Shown here piece by piece: positions 12,880 through 25,153 of a stretch of DNA of 64,000 bases (within the stretch, counting starts at the first letter, position 1; each line of letters opens with the position of its first letter). The stretch is from Mytilus trossulus (lineage: Eukaryota): positions 38,006,001 through 38,070,000 of the forward strand of contig NC_086374.1 in the NCBI RefSeq assembly GCF_036588685.1, in the 5' to 3' direction. The notes below the pieces were generated by a model. The model was not told the origin of the DNA. It did not search any database and worked only from the letters and a program-made list of their open reading frames with translations. The position numbers and the translations under genes are program-made.

Positions 12880-14413
12880 TACTGTCCAAATATAGACCGT
12901 ACTACTTTTTTTGTATCTTGCGGGGATAAAAATTGATTGAATTCAAACTGAATTTGACAAATTACTTTTTAAAGAATTATTTTTCTTTTAAATTTAATTA
13001 TTTACAATATGTTAGTTTATACGTAAATTTCAATTTCAACGTTTCATGTGATTTTATTATAGCGGCGTAGTTAGCTGGTTTAGTATTAAGTAATTCGCCA
13101 GGAAAGATTCAAAGTACTGTCACTCGAAATACACGGGTGTCTTACGGGGAGACCTATATTATGATCTATTATGTGATTTAATATGTATTCTGTCATTTAT
13201 TGGATTTTCATTTTTTGTTAAATTCTTTATGATCCCCAAGGGAAGGAGGAGGCAAAATTTGTTAATGAAATTTATCTGATCTTATATTAAACTGTGACTA
13301 CTATATTTAGAACACTATAGATCACTATATAGTGTTATAGTAGTCTCAGCTTATAATTACTCTTATTACTAGATATCATAATTAATTTGGGCCGCAATTT
13401 TTTTTCCTCACCGAAGATTTAAATTCAAATCATTAAATCCAAATATTGGATTGTAAACAATTAAGACAAACATGAAATCATTACATGCATACAATAGTAA
13501 AATCAAGTTAAACAACATATTCTATAAGACTATATTAAGATATTTTGGAGGATATGATACATTGGCTGCTGAAAACGAAATGTTATTTCATGATTTTTTT
13601 CATATCTCGTAGATAGTGCCCCTTTAACATTTTTTTAATTTCTATTATGGTTATTCTTAAATTTTATTTGTTTATTGGATATTATTGAACTATTGTTTTG
13701 TGTGAATCAATTTCGTTAGCCTAATAATTTTTTTTATTGTATTGAATTGGTTGTTTCCTGTTTTTGAAAGTAATTAGCACGAAATTTAAAAGCCACTAAA
13801 TAACACAAGACAAATATTGTTACTAATGGTACAACGATTAACTTCTAAACGCAATTAAAACATTTTAAAAGCAATATTCGATGTTAATTATTCGATTGAT
13901 TTTAAGTACTATATCTCGTAAGTTTATCAAATTATGTTTACACAATTCTAATAGGCCTTGTTGAGAATAAATATAAATGACCGTACTTTGAATGATTTAT
14001 ATTTCATTTTATTAATATGGAGATAATAATTAGAGTTATCGTTCTTTGAACGTATGTATTGTGACTTATTGTGTATTATATATAATATATGTTACAGGGT
14101 GTTTATTTCTCGAGGTTTATTTGATTACTTATAATAAACCAGTAGAACCCAACTCAGAGTTTATTACGCCCAACTTAATGAGTCTACATATATGGTTATT
14201 TTTATTTTTTATAAATTGTGACTTGGATGGAGTGTCCGAGAGTTGTCTCATTGGCACTCATTGTAAACAATGTTTTATTATGAAAAATACAAGACTTAGT
14301 ATAAATTATAAAATAAATACATTCACAATAAGGATCCAGAAACAAGCAATAATTGCTTATATTAATCTGTCTCATTGGTAAATTAAATACATTATACACA
14401 AATAAATCAAAAC

Positions 14414-15635
14414 TACGGAAGCGTATTAGCGCCACACATTTTTTTTTCTTCCTATGTTTGCGTTATAACGCAAACCTTTGCGTAACAACGCAAACCTTTG
14501 CGTTATAACGCAAACCTTTGCGTTGTAACGCAAACCTTTGCGTTTTAACGCAAACCTTTGCGTTATAACGCAAACATTTGTTTTATCTTATTTCTTATTT
14601 AAGATTCAAAGGAAACAGTAGTTATTAATGGAGGTGGCTGTATATATTAAAATTTATCACCTTTGTAGTCATTGCAAAGTAAAATGCTTGAATAATTAGA
14701 TCATATCAATGACTAATAATGAGCAAAATAATATAAGAAGGTGTGGTATGAGTGCCAATTAGAAAACTCCCCATCTAAGTCACTATTCGTAAAAGTAAAC
14801 CATCATAGGCCGAATTACGGTCTTCAACACGGAGCATTGGCTCACACAAAACAACAAACTATAAAGGTCCCCAAAAACGATATCCATGTTACTACTAGAC
14901 TAGTATATATTTACAAAGAAAATTGAGTAAATTGAGGTTTATTATACCTAAGAAAAAAATCAACCCTGCTAATATAGCTATAACCGAATATAAATATACT
15001 TCCAAAGTAAGCTCTCGTTTGAGAAATGTGTAAAGTAGGTTAGATTCCAATAAGCTACCCTTTGGCAATAAATGTATAGAATGAAGATGTTTTATTAATA
15101 AAATATGTTCTCTCTATTCACATTGCTACCCAAGCATCTTAAAAATACTACATTATATTGAAATGAAAATTCAATGACTTTCTATCAAAGAATCTTGATC
15201 ATATTCTGAGATTTAAAAAAAATATTTCCTTATTAATAATTCATTTTAAAGCAGAAAGATCATTTTGTCTATTTGACTTGGAGGTTTCACAATTGTATTA
15301 CATTATTTTTGATCTTTCAATTTAAATATGACTATATACTAAACTATATCTATTTTCTTGTTAAATTTTATACTTTTCTGATGCACAAATCAGTCTTATT
15401 TTATGAATATTTGCACTTCAAGTATTCCATTATTCCTATGCATATTTATTAAAATGAATTGGCCTTGTATTTATCTACTAGTAAATCACATCCGAAATGA
15501 ATGACTGACGGACATATATACAAAACTTAATGAATAATTGAAATCAAAAGGTTTGCGTTATAACGCAAAGTTTTGCGTTATAACGCAAACATAGGAAGAA
15601 GAAAAAAAAATGTGTGACGCTAATACGCTTCCGTA
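14414..15635. mobile_element. IS3EU-like non-autonomous element with subterminal 20-bp tandem arrays
   Basis: TIR TACGGAAGCGTATTAGCG...CGCTAATACGCTTCCGTA; 6-bp TSD CAAAAC; (ttataacgcaaacctttgcg) about x6 at 14457-14580 with inverted copies at 15549-15590. TAY...RTA ends with a 6-bp TSD fit IS3EU. Confidence 0.8.
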
Positions 15636-16496
15636 CAAAACTACATGCTCTGTTAAATAATAAAAATATTGATATTGTCAATTGAGTATAATACCGCATA
15701 ATGAACTGAAAAGTAAAGAAGAATGCAACTGATAAGACGAAATGCTTACAGGTTTATTGTGTGAGTCATTAATTTGTAAACCTTTTAGTTTTGATAATGA
15801 ACCTTTGTACCATGAGAAATCAAATAAACTAATGTTTTCTTCATTCGAAATTGCATCTGAGCCATTTAATATTAATTCAATGACCATTGGTGAGTCCGTG
15901 TAACACTTATCAATTCAAAGTTTTAAAAAGTTTTGAAATTTTAGATTTTTGGAATTTTGATCAAAGTTTTAAAATATCAAAATTTCAAATTGTGTTAAAG
16001 TTTTGAAATTTTGAAATTTTAACCAAATTGTTAAAATATAAAAATTCTAAATATCGTTTATAAATTTGATATTTTAGAAACTTGATCAAACTTTTAAAAT
16101 ACTAAACCTAACGAGCAATTTTGATTATTTCACTTTTTGAAAGTTTTATTTTTTAAATGTTTGCTTAAAATATCAAAAATATAAAGGGGCGACAAGAGGG
16201 GTACCTGTAATCACTGATGTAGACACGGCTCTGATAAGGACTATTCTTAGATAAAATAAATATCATGACATATATCAAATCATTCTTCATAACAAAATAA
16301 ATAATGAAAAGAAGAAGTCGGTTTTTTTATGAAACATATTAGACATCACATGGGATAACAGTATCCTGAAAATTTAAGGTTGTGCATCTATCAAAAAAAA
16401 AATATAATTAAACCTATTTAAACCGGAATCAACTACGCTGATTTAAATCTCTTATATAAGGTTTAGCGTTTGAGATAAATAATTCAAAGCCTTTTT

Positions 16497-16541
16497 GACG
16501 TTCCTGATGAAGGTAGATCCAGAAAAATCGCTTCGGTCGCA
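16497..16541 (+). ncRNA. Degenerate minimal type I hammerhead ribozyme motif
   Basis: gacgttc-CTGATGA-aggtagatcca-GAAA-aatcgct-TC-ggtcgc; core boxes intact, stems I and III imperfect. Confidence 0.5.
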
Positions 16542-16726
16542 TACAACTTAAAACGTTTTCCTTTCTTGTTTATCGATTGCATGATGATAATATATTGCCT
16601 TTTATGATTTATTTCAGTTCCAAGAAATGATACGGAAGGAATACTTAATATATAGCGTCGCAATGAAAGTTGTGCTAAGGTGTTTCAGCTGGCCCCTAGA
16701 CAAAAAAGTGTACTGGTTCAGTGAAT

Positions 16727-16945
16727 ATCTCGTTTCTCGTTTTGTTTATATAGATTAGACCGTTGGTTTTCCCGTTTGAATGGTTTTACACTAGTTATTT
16801 TGGGGCCCTTTATAGCTTGTTGTTCGGTGTGAGCCAAGGCTCCGTGTTGAAGGCCGTACTTTAACCTATAATGGTTTAATTTTTGAATTGTTGTTTGGAT
16901 GGAGAGTTGTCTCATTGGCACTCACACCACATCTTCCTATATCTA
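16727..16945 (+). repeat. Representative copy of an abundant SINE-like family
   Basis: Ends in ggagagttgtctcattggcactcacaccacatcttc. Related copies at about 2737-2925, 11780-11970 (-), 14730-14880 (-), 21275-21465, 28600-28790, 52105-52297, 60600-60770 (-) and 63340-63500. Confidence 0.75.
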
Positions 16946-18487
16946 TAGACGTAATACTAAACTCCGAAATATAACAATGAACTAAAATCAAAATCATACA
17001 AGACTTAGAAGGACAGAGGCTCCTGGATTGGGACAGGCGAACAAATGCGGCGGGGTTTAACATGTTTCGTGAGATCACAACCCTCCCCCTATACCTCTAG
17101 CCAATAAAGAATGAAAAACACACAGTAATACGAACAGTAAAACGCACTTTAATAGGAAATACAAGTCCTATGTCAAAATAGGAAACAAACTAAGAAACTA
17201 ATCAACATGACAATGATAATAAAATAACAAAGGACTAATATATATATATATAAGGCTAGCAGTTACTATCATACGTCAGCTTCAGACCTCAACTAAACTG
17301 ATTGAAAGGTTTTATATGTCTTCGTTATGCACACTCTCTCCCTGTTGCATTTATTGCTAATTTGTTCCGGAACATTCATGAAATATTTCTCACTGGCAAC
17401 AAAAAAAATCGATAATTTAAAATAGGTTGTTTACATACAAATTACGAAGAAACGTAAGATTAAACTTCCGAGGACAAAGTTTCCCTTATAGATGCATTTA
17501 AATATGTTTTAACTTCACATTGGTCAAACACCTCTTTAATTGTTTCGTTCTTATTTTTCTTGAATTTCAAATTTCAGTTTCAGCGTTCCGTCGGTGAATT
17601 CTTTACTTAAAATTCAGCGGTTTACATTGTACTAGTTTTTCGAGAGCAACATTGGTGTACGGCCAAAAATGGAAAAAAATCTATCATGCAGCTGACAGTG
17701 TGGCTTCTCTTTGCACGCCCCATTCTTACTGGATGTATACATGTGTACTTTTAGTTTGTTCAAAGTCGATTGTCGTACGATAACTTAAAAATACCCAAAT
17801 AACAAAATGCAAATACGGGACAATAATATCCTTTAATACAAAAAAAATCTATTCCTTTTTTTCACTATTATAAAACAGTGGTTGATTTAGAACCTATAAT
17901 GGAGCTACGTGTATGATAACCAGTCCTTTTGTTTAAGCACTAACAATTTTATTAAGTTTTTCATCGCTATTAATCAACTTGTCTGGTTCAACATTTAACA
18001 CTAAAAGGCATGGACAATTTTTCTTTTGTCCTCTGCTGGCACAGAATATTATATCATCAAATTAGGGATCAGAATATTTTAATGTACCATTATCGAAGCC
18101 CCTATAGTGGTAGTATCAAGTGAAAAAACAGGGACTATCTAAATATTGGTTCCCCAGAAGATTACCATTTATCGCTGATAGAAACTTTTGAACACAATTT
18201 TCAACTTTCAAAATGCCGGCACCTACAACTGGATAGATGGGTGCTTAATGTAGTACAGCGGCAACTATCATGTATAACATAAACACGAATGCAAGTTGGG
18301 TGCTTAATGTAGTACAGCGGTAAATATGAATGCTCGTGAAAATAATGTTTATGGTATACGTTTATATATGATATGAAAGGTTTCAACTTTTACAAAACCA
18401 GAGCTATACGTTGGATTAAAAAAAAAAAAATTATTTGGCCTTTTCAATTTTATTTGACTTTATTTGCCTTTTTAACTTCATTTGGTT

Positions 18488-18534
18488 CGAGTGTCAATGA
18501 TAAGTCTTTTGTAGACGAAACGCGCGTCTGGCGC
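18488..18534 (+). ncRNA. Degenerate minimal type I hammerhead ribozyme (retrozyme-type)
   Basis: gtgtca-ATGATAA (core mutated from CTGATGA)-GTC ttttgta GAC-GAAA-CGCGCG (palindromic stem III)-TC-tggcgc (pairs with gtgtca). Confidence 0.65.
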
Positions 18535-19914
18535 AAAAACCGGCAACATTTATATTCTGGTATCCATCTATGATGAGTTTTTGTAGATACCTTGTAACAG
18601 TATCTTGGTTCCAATTTGCTGATATTGGATCTTAGTACCGTCTTTTAGAGCCGTACGTCTGGTTTTTAAATAGATTATCTTCTTTTAAGAAATATTAATT
18701 TTGTCATTCAATTTTTCACCGCTTACAAATGTCTGTTTTATTTCATACATAAAGTTTTAAGTATCAGTATGTTTTTAATTCATAATGTTTCGTTTCGTTC
18801 CGCTTTTATTTCGTTTCGCTTTTTACAGGTATCCCTCTTATTGCCCCTTTTCTATTTTGATATTTTAAGCAAACATTTAAAAAATCAAACTTTCAAAAAG
18901 TGAAATAATCAAAATTGCGCGTTAGGTTTAGTATTTTAAAAGTTTGATCAAATTTCTAAACTATCAAATTTATAAACGATATTTAAAATTTTGATATTTT
19001 AATAATTTGGAAAAAATTTCAAAATTTCAAAACTTTAACACAATTTGAAACTTTGATATTTTAAAACTTTGATCAAAATTCCAAAAATCTAAAATTTCAA
19101 AACTTTTTAAAACTTTGAATTGATAAGTGTTACACGGACCTTGGTGCCGTTAATTTTAGGCTTCCAAATGATATTATCAGTTCCTGTCTTATGTCCGAGT
19201 ATAATGGGCAAAATAATAAAAATTGAGCTAGTTTCTAAGTCACCACAGCGACAATTAGGAGAAGAAACTAAGTTTCTTGGAAACAAGTGACAGTTTAAAG
19301 AACTACGTTTCATTCTAAGTCGAGCGTGATGAGTTTGGCCTTTTGGACATCCAGCATAAAAGTATAAAGGGACGCGATCGTTCTGATTTCAAATTTGTTT
19401 TTTGAATACAGAGATAGATTCACAATTTCTAACACTTAACGGTAAATGATTCTAGAATTTGATGGATGACGGAAGATAATAATCAGAATAAAGTTTAGTA
19501 CGTCACAGTGATTTAACCTGTAATAGATTATTACTTTGTCTTGTTCTGTGGTCGTGTCGACCACTGACATAGCCAGGGAATAGCTCTTGCAAATAATTTG
19601 GGGTTTTATTATTTACAATTTTATAAAGCAATATTAATTTTTGGTTACTTCTTCGATCGGAAAGTTTCTCCCATTGGGTTTCTTTATATACCATCGACGT
19701 ACTTGTGAGCTTATTCACCACTGTAACAATACGGGCGGCGTCCAACTGGATGTTTTCAAGTTTATTCATTAAAGATTGATTTCCTGAATCCCAGATAACA
19801 TCAGCATATTCAATGATAGGTCTTCATTGTCACTCATACCTCATCTTCGTATATCTATATATCATATTGATTTAGATCACAGCGTTAAAAGAGATAAGTT
19901 CTACTACAAGTTTA

Positions 19915-21015
19915 ATGGCACTTTACCCAATCTTAACTTTACTTGCTTTCGGAAATGATATGAGAAAGGTTAACTTATAACTGCTACATACACTGATCAA
20001 GAAACTTTGTATAATGCCATAATAAATGGACAAAATAAGAATATGCGACCACCAACAAATCAATCTAAGCCGACAAATATCTCCAAAGACTTTAGTCTTC
20101 ATACATTGCAGGAAATTGACGTAGTTGACGGAACTATGAGTTTAACTAACTGGAATCTTTTTTATTACATGGGACGCTGTCATCATGACATGAGACTACT
20201 TCCTCATACGGGGGTATAAAACACATGGGTGTGTCTATAGATTCTGTCTGGAAACCACCACTTATTAACTCAAATACAGCACATGAACAGAAAATTTTCG
20301 GAATACCGGGACTCTCTTTTAAACGTGTTATACGACGGAATAGTGTACTGGAATGCTGACGAAAAGTTGAAGTTCTCGTGTAATAGAGACACAATATACT
20401 TCCCCTTTGAATAGCTTTGATTCACAATCATGTACATTCAGAGTAAAGCCATTTGGTCTGGCGAAATTTGAAACGGAATTTACCTCTTCAGGCTATGTGC
20501 TGATCAATGATTATGGCTCTAACAGCGAATGGGAACTGTTGAGTTCTGTCATCACAGTAGATAATACGGATGGTTCACACATGAACGTCACTTTAAAGTA
20601 TAAAAGACGACCTCTGTTTTTGACTGGTGAACTTAGTGCTACCTATCATGTTGCTCGCAGTTTTAAATATCTTTGTTTTTATTTTACCTCCGGGATCAGA
20701 GGATCGTTTCGGGTTTTCAATAACAATTTTACTTGCTGCATTCGTGCTTATGACGATTGCACAAGGTTTACTTCCTGCAACTGCTCTTCCAAGATTGACT
20801 GCTTTGCGTATAATGCTGATGGTTGATATATTAATGAGTGGAATAATTCTTATATCTGTCATCATGGGTTTGTGGTTTTACAATAGACCACAAGATTGAA
20901 AACACCAACAACCAGAGTGTATAGTTGTAATATGGACAAAGAGAACAAAATAATAAAATGATCACGCCTGAAGAAAAGGTAATATGGCTAGACGTTGCCT
21001 CGTTATGGGACAAAC
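19915..21015 (+). pseudogene. Intronless nAChR-like Cys-loop receptor pseudogene
   Basis: Fragments in shifting frames: ETLYNAIINGQNKNMRP, WKPPLINSN, Cys-loop CNRDTIYFPF/DSQSC split by a 10-nt insertion, NSEWELL, KRRPLF, M1-M3 (NLVLPIMLLAVLNIFVFILPPGSEDRFGFSITILL...LLPATALPRL), KVIWLDVASLWDK. Several stops and frameshifts (e.g. AACT duplication near 20145); truncated before M4. Confidence 0.88.
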
Positions 21016-22697
21016 TTTTAGTCCTTGTATATCTATGATGAGTGAAATGATAAAAAATAGAAAAACAAAAATACCGAGCTCCCAGGAAAAATTCAATACG
21101 GAAAGTGCTTAATCCAATGCCAAAATCAAAAGCTCAAACACATTGAACGAATGGATAACAACTGTCATATTCCATACTTGATACAGGCATTTTTAAATGA
21201 AGAAAATGGTGGATCGAACCTGGTTTTATAGCTGTGTTACATAATTGTTTATCGTTCATATTTTGTATATTTATTAGGCCATTAGTTTTCTCCTTTGGAC
21301 TGTTTTATATTCATCATTTTGGGGCCTTTGACAGTTGACTATGCAGATGAGCTTTGCTTATTTTTGAAGGCTGTACAATCACATATTGTTGTTAATGTAT
21401 GTGTCATTTGGTCTATTGTGAAGATTTGTTTCATTGGAAAGTATACCACATCTTCTATTTTTATATCATAGGTAAAAATGTCAGAAATAGAGGAACATCA
21501 GTCATCATTGTGTTATAATCAAATCAATAAGAAAACAAAACAATTATGCCAACAAAGAAAAACAAATAAACAGATAGAGAAAGAACATTAGCAAAAACGA
21601 AGGACAAGAAAACAAAAAATTAATATGCCACGGTCTCACACGAAAAAAATAAAATCTAATTCATTTTTCATTAAAATAAAACGAGGAGCATTTAAATATT
21701 GAAAATTTGATAGAACATTTTGTATTTAGAGTAGTTTCATTGTGTACACATATTATTACAACATTGGATATCTTCCACTTTGATATAACAATTGGGAGAC
21801 ATTCTATTTCTACGTCAATTGTATTATTATTGTCTACGTTCAATAGCTCTCGGTAAAATGAAACTAAAACAAGCCACGAAGAAATAATCTTTAAAAGATT
21901 CGTGCCATAGAATATGACTTTGGAAAAACAAAATTTCGAACTCCAAGGGAAATTCGAAACGGAAAGTCTTTTATAAAATGGTAAAATCGAAAACGTAAAC
22001 ACATTCAACGAATGGAAAACAACTGCCATATTCCTCGGTACAGGCATTTCCTTATTGATGTCGAATATTTTGTTTATTCAGGCTCCTTTGAGTCCATGTC
22101 GTCTCTTTGTTCATCACAGGACAATTTCCTCTTTGACCATCATATCATATCGGATCCCCTTATCTTTAAATGGTGAACTATTAATCCATGAAGAATCGAA
22201 ATCTTCCGTTAGTACGTATTACACTTTTAAGAATCAAACGGTTCAAGTAAACAAGACTAATGCTAAATATTTATTTTTCATAAAGTTACAATTTCTCCTT
22301 TGTTAAATATTTATAAAAGACAAAGAGAAAGAACCATTCCCATTATCCTAAGTTTGAACATGAAATCGTTCTAAAGATGGAGTCAATATATATGTATATA
22401 TATGATCATAAATGGACGGTGATAAAAAGTAAAAGTCGATTATCATTATTAATCTTTTGAAGAGTGAATTTAAATGTTACAACGACTAAATAAACATTTG
22501 GGTACTAATTGTTGCGAGAGGATAAACATAATGTATGGTAAAGCAAACATATCATCACTCAGTGACAATGAGATGTAACATTATTTACGAAAAACCGCCA
22601 CATATAAATGCAATTGCATTTTACCCTTTAGCTTAATGAGACACAGACCACACACAGTTGTTTAGTTTCATTGGTGTGAAACGTGCCATCACTGCAA

Positions 22698-23960
22698 ATG
22701 GATTTGTGTCAACTTTTAAAGCCACAAATGCCACAGTTGCACAGATTGTTATTAGTATTACTATTAGCCTTTCAAATGATCAACGCATCTTATTTTACTG
22801 AAATCGATAGATTGCATAAAGATTTGATGACTGGATATAATAAAGATATATTGCCACAATGGAACAAATCACAACCAGTAGATGTCTCGATTGTATTTCA
22901 TTTACTTAATCTGAATGGAATAGACAGTGTAAAGGGAGTTATTGCCATTGCAGGATATTTTATTTTTCAATGGATTGACGTAAATATGCAATGGACACCA
23001 GCCAATTACACTTCTATAGAAAACATAGTCATACCCCTTGAAAAAGTATGGAAACCGCCTGTTATAAATGCTAATTCTGTCATGGAATATAAATTCTTTG
23101 GAGCCGCAGGTACCTTTGTTCGTGTTAACCATACAGGTCTGGTTACATGGACTCCAGGTATTAATTTGGAATTTTCTTGTAATATGGACACAACGAAATA
23201 CCCTTTCGATACACAGATGTGTGAACTGGAAGTTATGATATGGGGGTACAGTTCAGAAGAACTTACTTTTACGACGAGCAGAACTGATGTTGACATCAGC
23301 TTTTATCAATTTAACAATGAATGGGAATTAATGTATACTTCGGCTGTTGCGATCAATACAAGTAATTTAAGTCCGCTTGTGCAAATTGAAACCCACTTTG
23401 AACGTCGTTCTTTGTATTATGTAATGAATCTTATTTTCCCTGTAATGCTTTTAGCATTACTAAATTTATTTGTATTTCTTTTGCCACAGGATTCAGGTGA
23501 AAGGGTTGGATTTTCAGTTACACTATTGTTAGCAAATGTTATGTTTCTAACGATTGCAGAGAATATGCTCCCAGCTACAGCAATACCGAGAATGTCCGCC
23601 ATTTGCATTGCACTGTTACTGAATCTATGTTATAGCGGACTTATAGTCATTACTGTTATCATTAGCGGCAACATCTATCATAAGCCGGACGAGCAGGTTA
23701 TCTCTAACTGGATAGTGAAATTTGTACAAATAGGTAAATTATTTAGAAGTAACCATAAGCAAGTATCATCAGAAATGATAATTCCTCACGTTGAAAAGGA
23801 CTTCGATGGAGAAAAATACGAAAACAGGAAAGAAAATAACCTACACAAGGTCAACTGGCAGCAAGTTGCAAGAATGGTGGACCGTATTGCCCTTATCTCT
23901 TATATTACACTTTTCATATTTGGTTGTAGCGGCGTTTTTATAGATTGTTCCCGAAGGTAA
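22698..23960 (+). CDS. Intronless divergent non-alpha nicotinic acetylcholine receptor-like subunit (copy A), ~420 aa
   Basis: Single ORF, first ATG at 22698 (alternative at 22728). Signal peptide, WKPP, Cys-loop CNMDTTKYPFDTQMC, NNEWEL, ERR pre-M1, M1-M3, DSGERV cation-type motif before M2, NWQQVARMVDR before M4. No vicinal Cys pair in loop C. Confidence 0.95.
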   Translation: MDLCQLLKPQMPQLHRLLLVLLLAFQMINASYFTEIDRLHKDLMTGYNKDILPQWNKSQPVDVSIVFHLLNLNGIDSVKGVIAIAGYFIFQWIDVNMQWTPANYTSIENIVIPLEKVWKPPVINANSVMEYKFFGAAGTFVRVNHTGLVTWTPGINLEFSCNMDTTKYPFDTQMCELEVMIWGYSSEELTFTTSRTDVDISFYQFNNEWELMYTSAVAINTSNLSPLVQIETHFERRSLYYVMNLIFPVMLLALLNLFVFLLPQDSGERVGFSVTLLLANVMFLTIAENMLPATAIPRMSAICIALLLNLCYSGLIVITVIISGNIYHKPDEQVISNWIVKFVQIGKLFRSNHKQVSSEMIIPHVEKDFDGEKYENRKENNLHKVNWQQVARMVDRIALISYITLFIFGCSGVFIDCSRR

Positions 23961-24537
23961 AATTTTGTGTGTTGCTGTAAGGGGAACGTTATATAAATTC
24001 GAGAAATACTGTTAAATAAATCCGACATAATTTATAGTCTAAACTGTTAGAAAAGTCAAACAAATCATTGTCCAAACTGTAAGAAATAAAAGTGGCGAAA
24101 AAATAGACATTACTAGAGGTGCAGCGTGCAAAAACAAACCGAGGAAGCTATATAACAATAACCATGTCAAATGGTACATCCAGTGCAAAAGGAAGAAGAA
24201 AAAAGAATAACCAGACACCTACTTCATATCATTGACTGACGATATTCCGAACTAGTCAAAACAAAAACAAAACAAAAATAAACACAAAATTGTATTTTTT
24301 AACAAAATCTCAGTGTTGTATGCAAATTTTTGTTGAACAAAACTCACTTTTGTCCGTACAAAATTGAATTCAAGTACAAAACCAGAACAGTCCCATTCGG
24401 CGCCCGTACTAGCAGTCACTCGTTTATTGTTCAACCAAACAACGATAATTGTAACTTGCATAGGACATAATTATTAACTTATGTCATCTGATTTTAGTAT
24501 AGCACTGATTTTTCATAAAAAAAAAAAAGTGGTTGCA

Positions 24538-25153
24538 TTTTTATGCCCCACCTACGATAGTAGAGAGGCTTTATGTTTTCTGGTCTGTGCGTCCGCTTGT
24601 TCGTCCTTCCGTCCGTCTGTACTTCTGTCCGTTCGTCCCACTTCAGGTTAAAGTTTTTGGCCAAGGTAGTTATTGCTGAAGTTGAAGTCCAATCAACTTG
24701 AAACTTAGTATACATGTCCCTGTGATATGCTTTTTATGCCCCATTTATGGGCATTATGTTTTCTGGTCTGTGCGTCCTTCCATCCGTCCGTCTGTTCGTC
24801 TGTTCGTCCGTCCGTCCTTTTGTCCCACTTCAGGTTAAAGTTTTTGGTCGAGGTAGTTTTTAATAAAGTTGAGGTCCTATCTATTTGAAACTTAGTAAAC
24901 ATGTTGCCTATGATATGATCTTTCTAATTTGAATGCCAAGTGAGAGATTGTATCCATTTTCATGGTCCACTGAACATAGAAAATGATAGTGCAGATGGGG
25001 TATCCTTGTACTTGGGACACATTCTTGTTCTTATTTAGATGCCAGATTAGAGATTTTACCCCAATTTTTACACATAAAACACATTTAAGTACATTAAACA
25101 CAGAAAATGATAGTGCGAGTGGGGCATCCGTGTACTATGAACACATTCTCGTT
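24538..25153 (-). mobile_element. HINE/Helentron-like non-autonomous repeat, tandem partial copies
   Basis: Same family as 37160-37454 and 53021-53300 in the opposite orientation; (CCGT)n-type microsatellite, terminal TTATGCCC..GGGCAT palindrome, T-rich insertion site; absent from duplicate copy B. Confidence 0.65.

Larger units (their letters stand above)
15893..19140. mobile_element. 3.25-kb foldback-type element with ~300-bp TIRs and a 6-bp TSD, no transposase
   Basis: 15893-~16190 is the near-perfect reverse complement of ~18843-19140; TTGGTG flanks both ends (15887-15892, 19141-19146); it interrupts a LINE reading frame. Confidence 0.9.
15808..19824 (-). mobile_element. 3' fragment of a CR1/L2-clade-like LINE ORF2, split by the 15893-19140 insertion
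   Basis: Right piece (19147-19824) encodes KLENIQLDAARIVT...WEKLSDRR...LILLYKIVNNKTPNYL and SSLNCHLFPRNLVSSPNCRCGDLET. Removing the insert restores the frame ...SLKLTAPMVIELILNGSDAISNEENISLF. Frameshifted and degenerate. Confidence 0.75.

Noticed and set aside
14457-14580. 20-bp direct repeat array as a CRISPR or iteron
   Set aside because: It is a subterminal tandem array of a TIR element and is mirrored at the other end.
22683-22697. ORF-track starts at 22683 and 30593
   Set aside because: These are GTG codons; eukaryotic initiation is more plausibly at ATG 22698/30608 or the next ATG.
22902-23608. Antisense ORFs over the receptor genes (also 31327-31518, 20593-20865) and 47155-47532 opposite an LCMT2 exon
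   Set aside because: Shadow frames of real coding sequence with no independent features.
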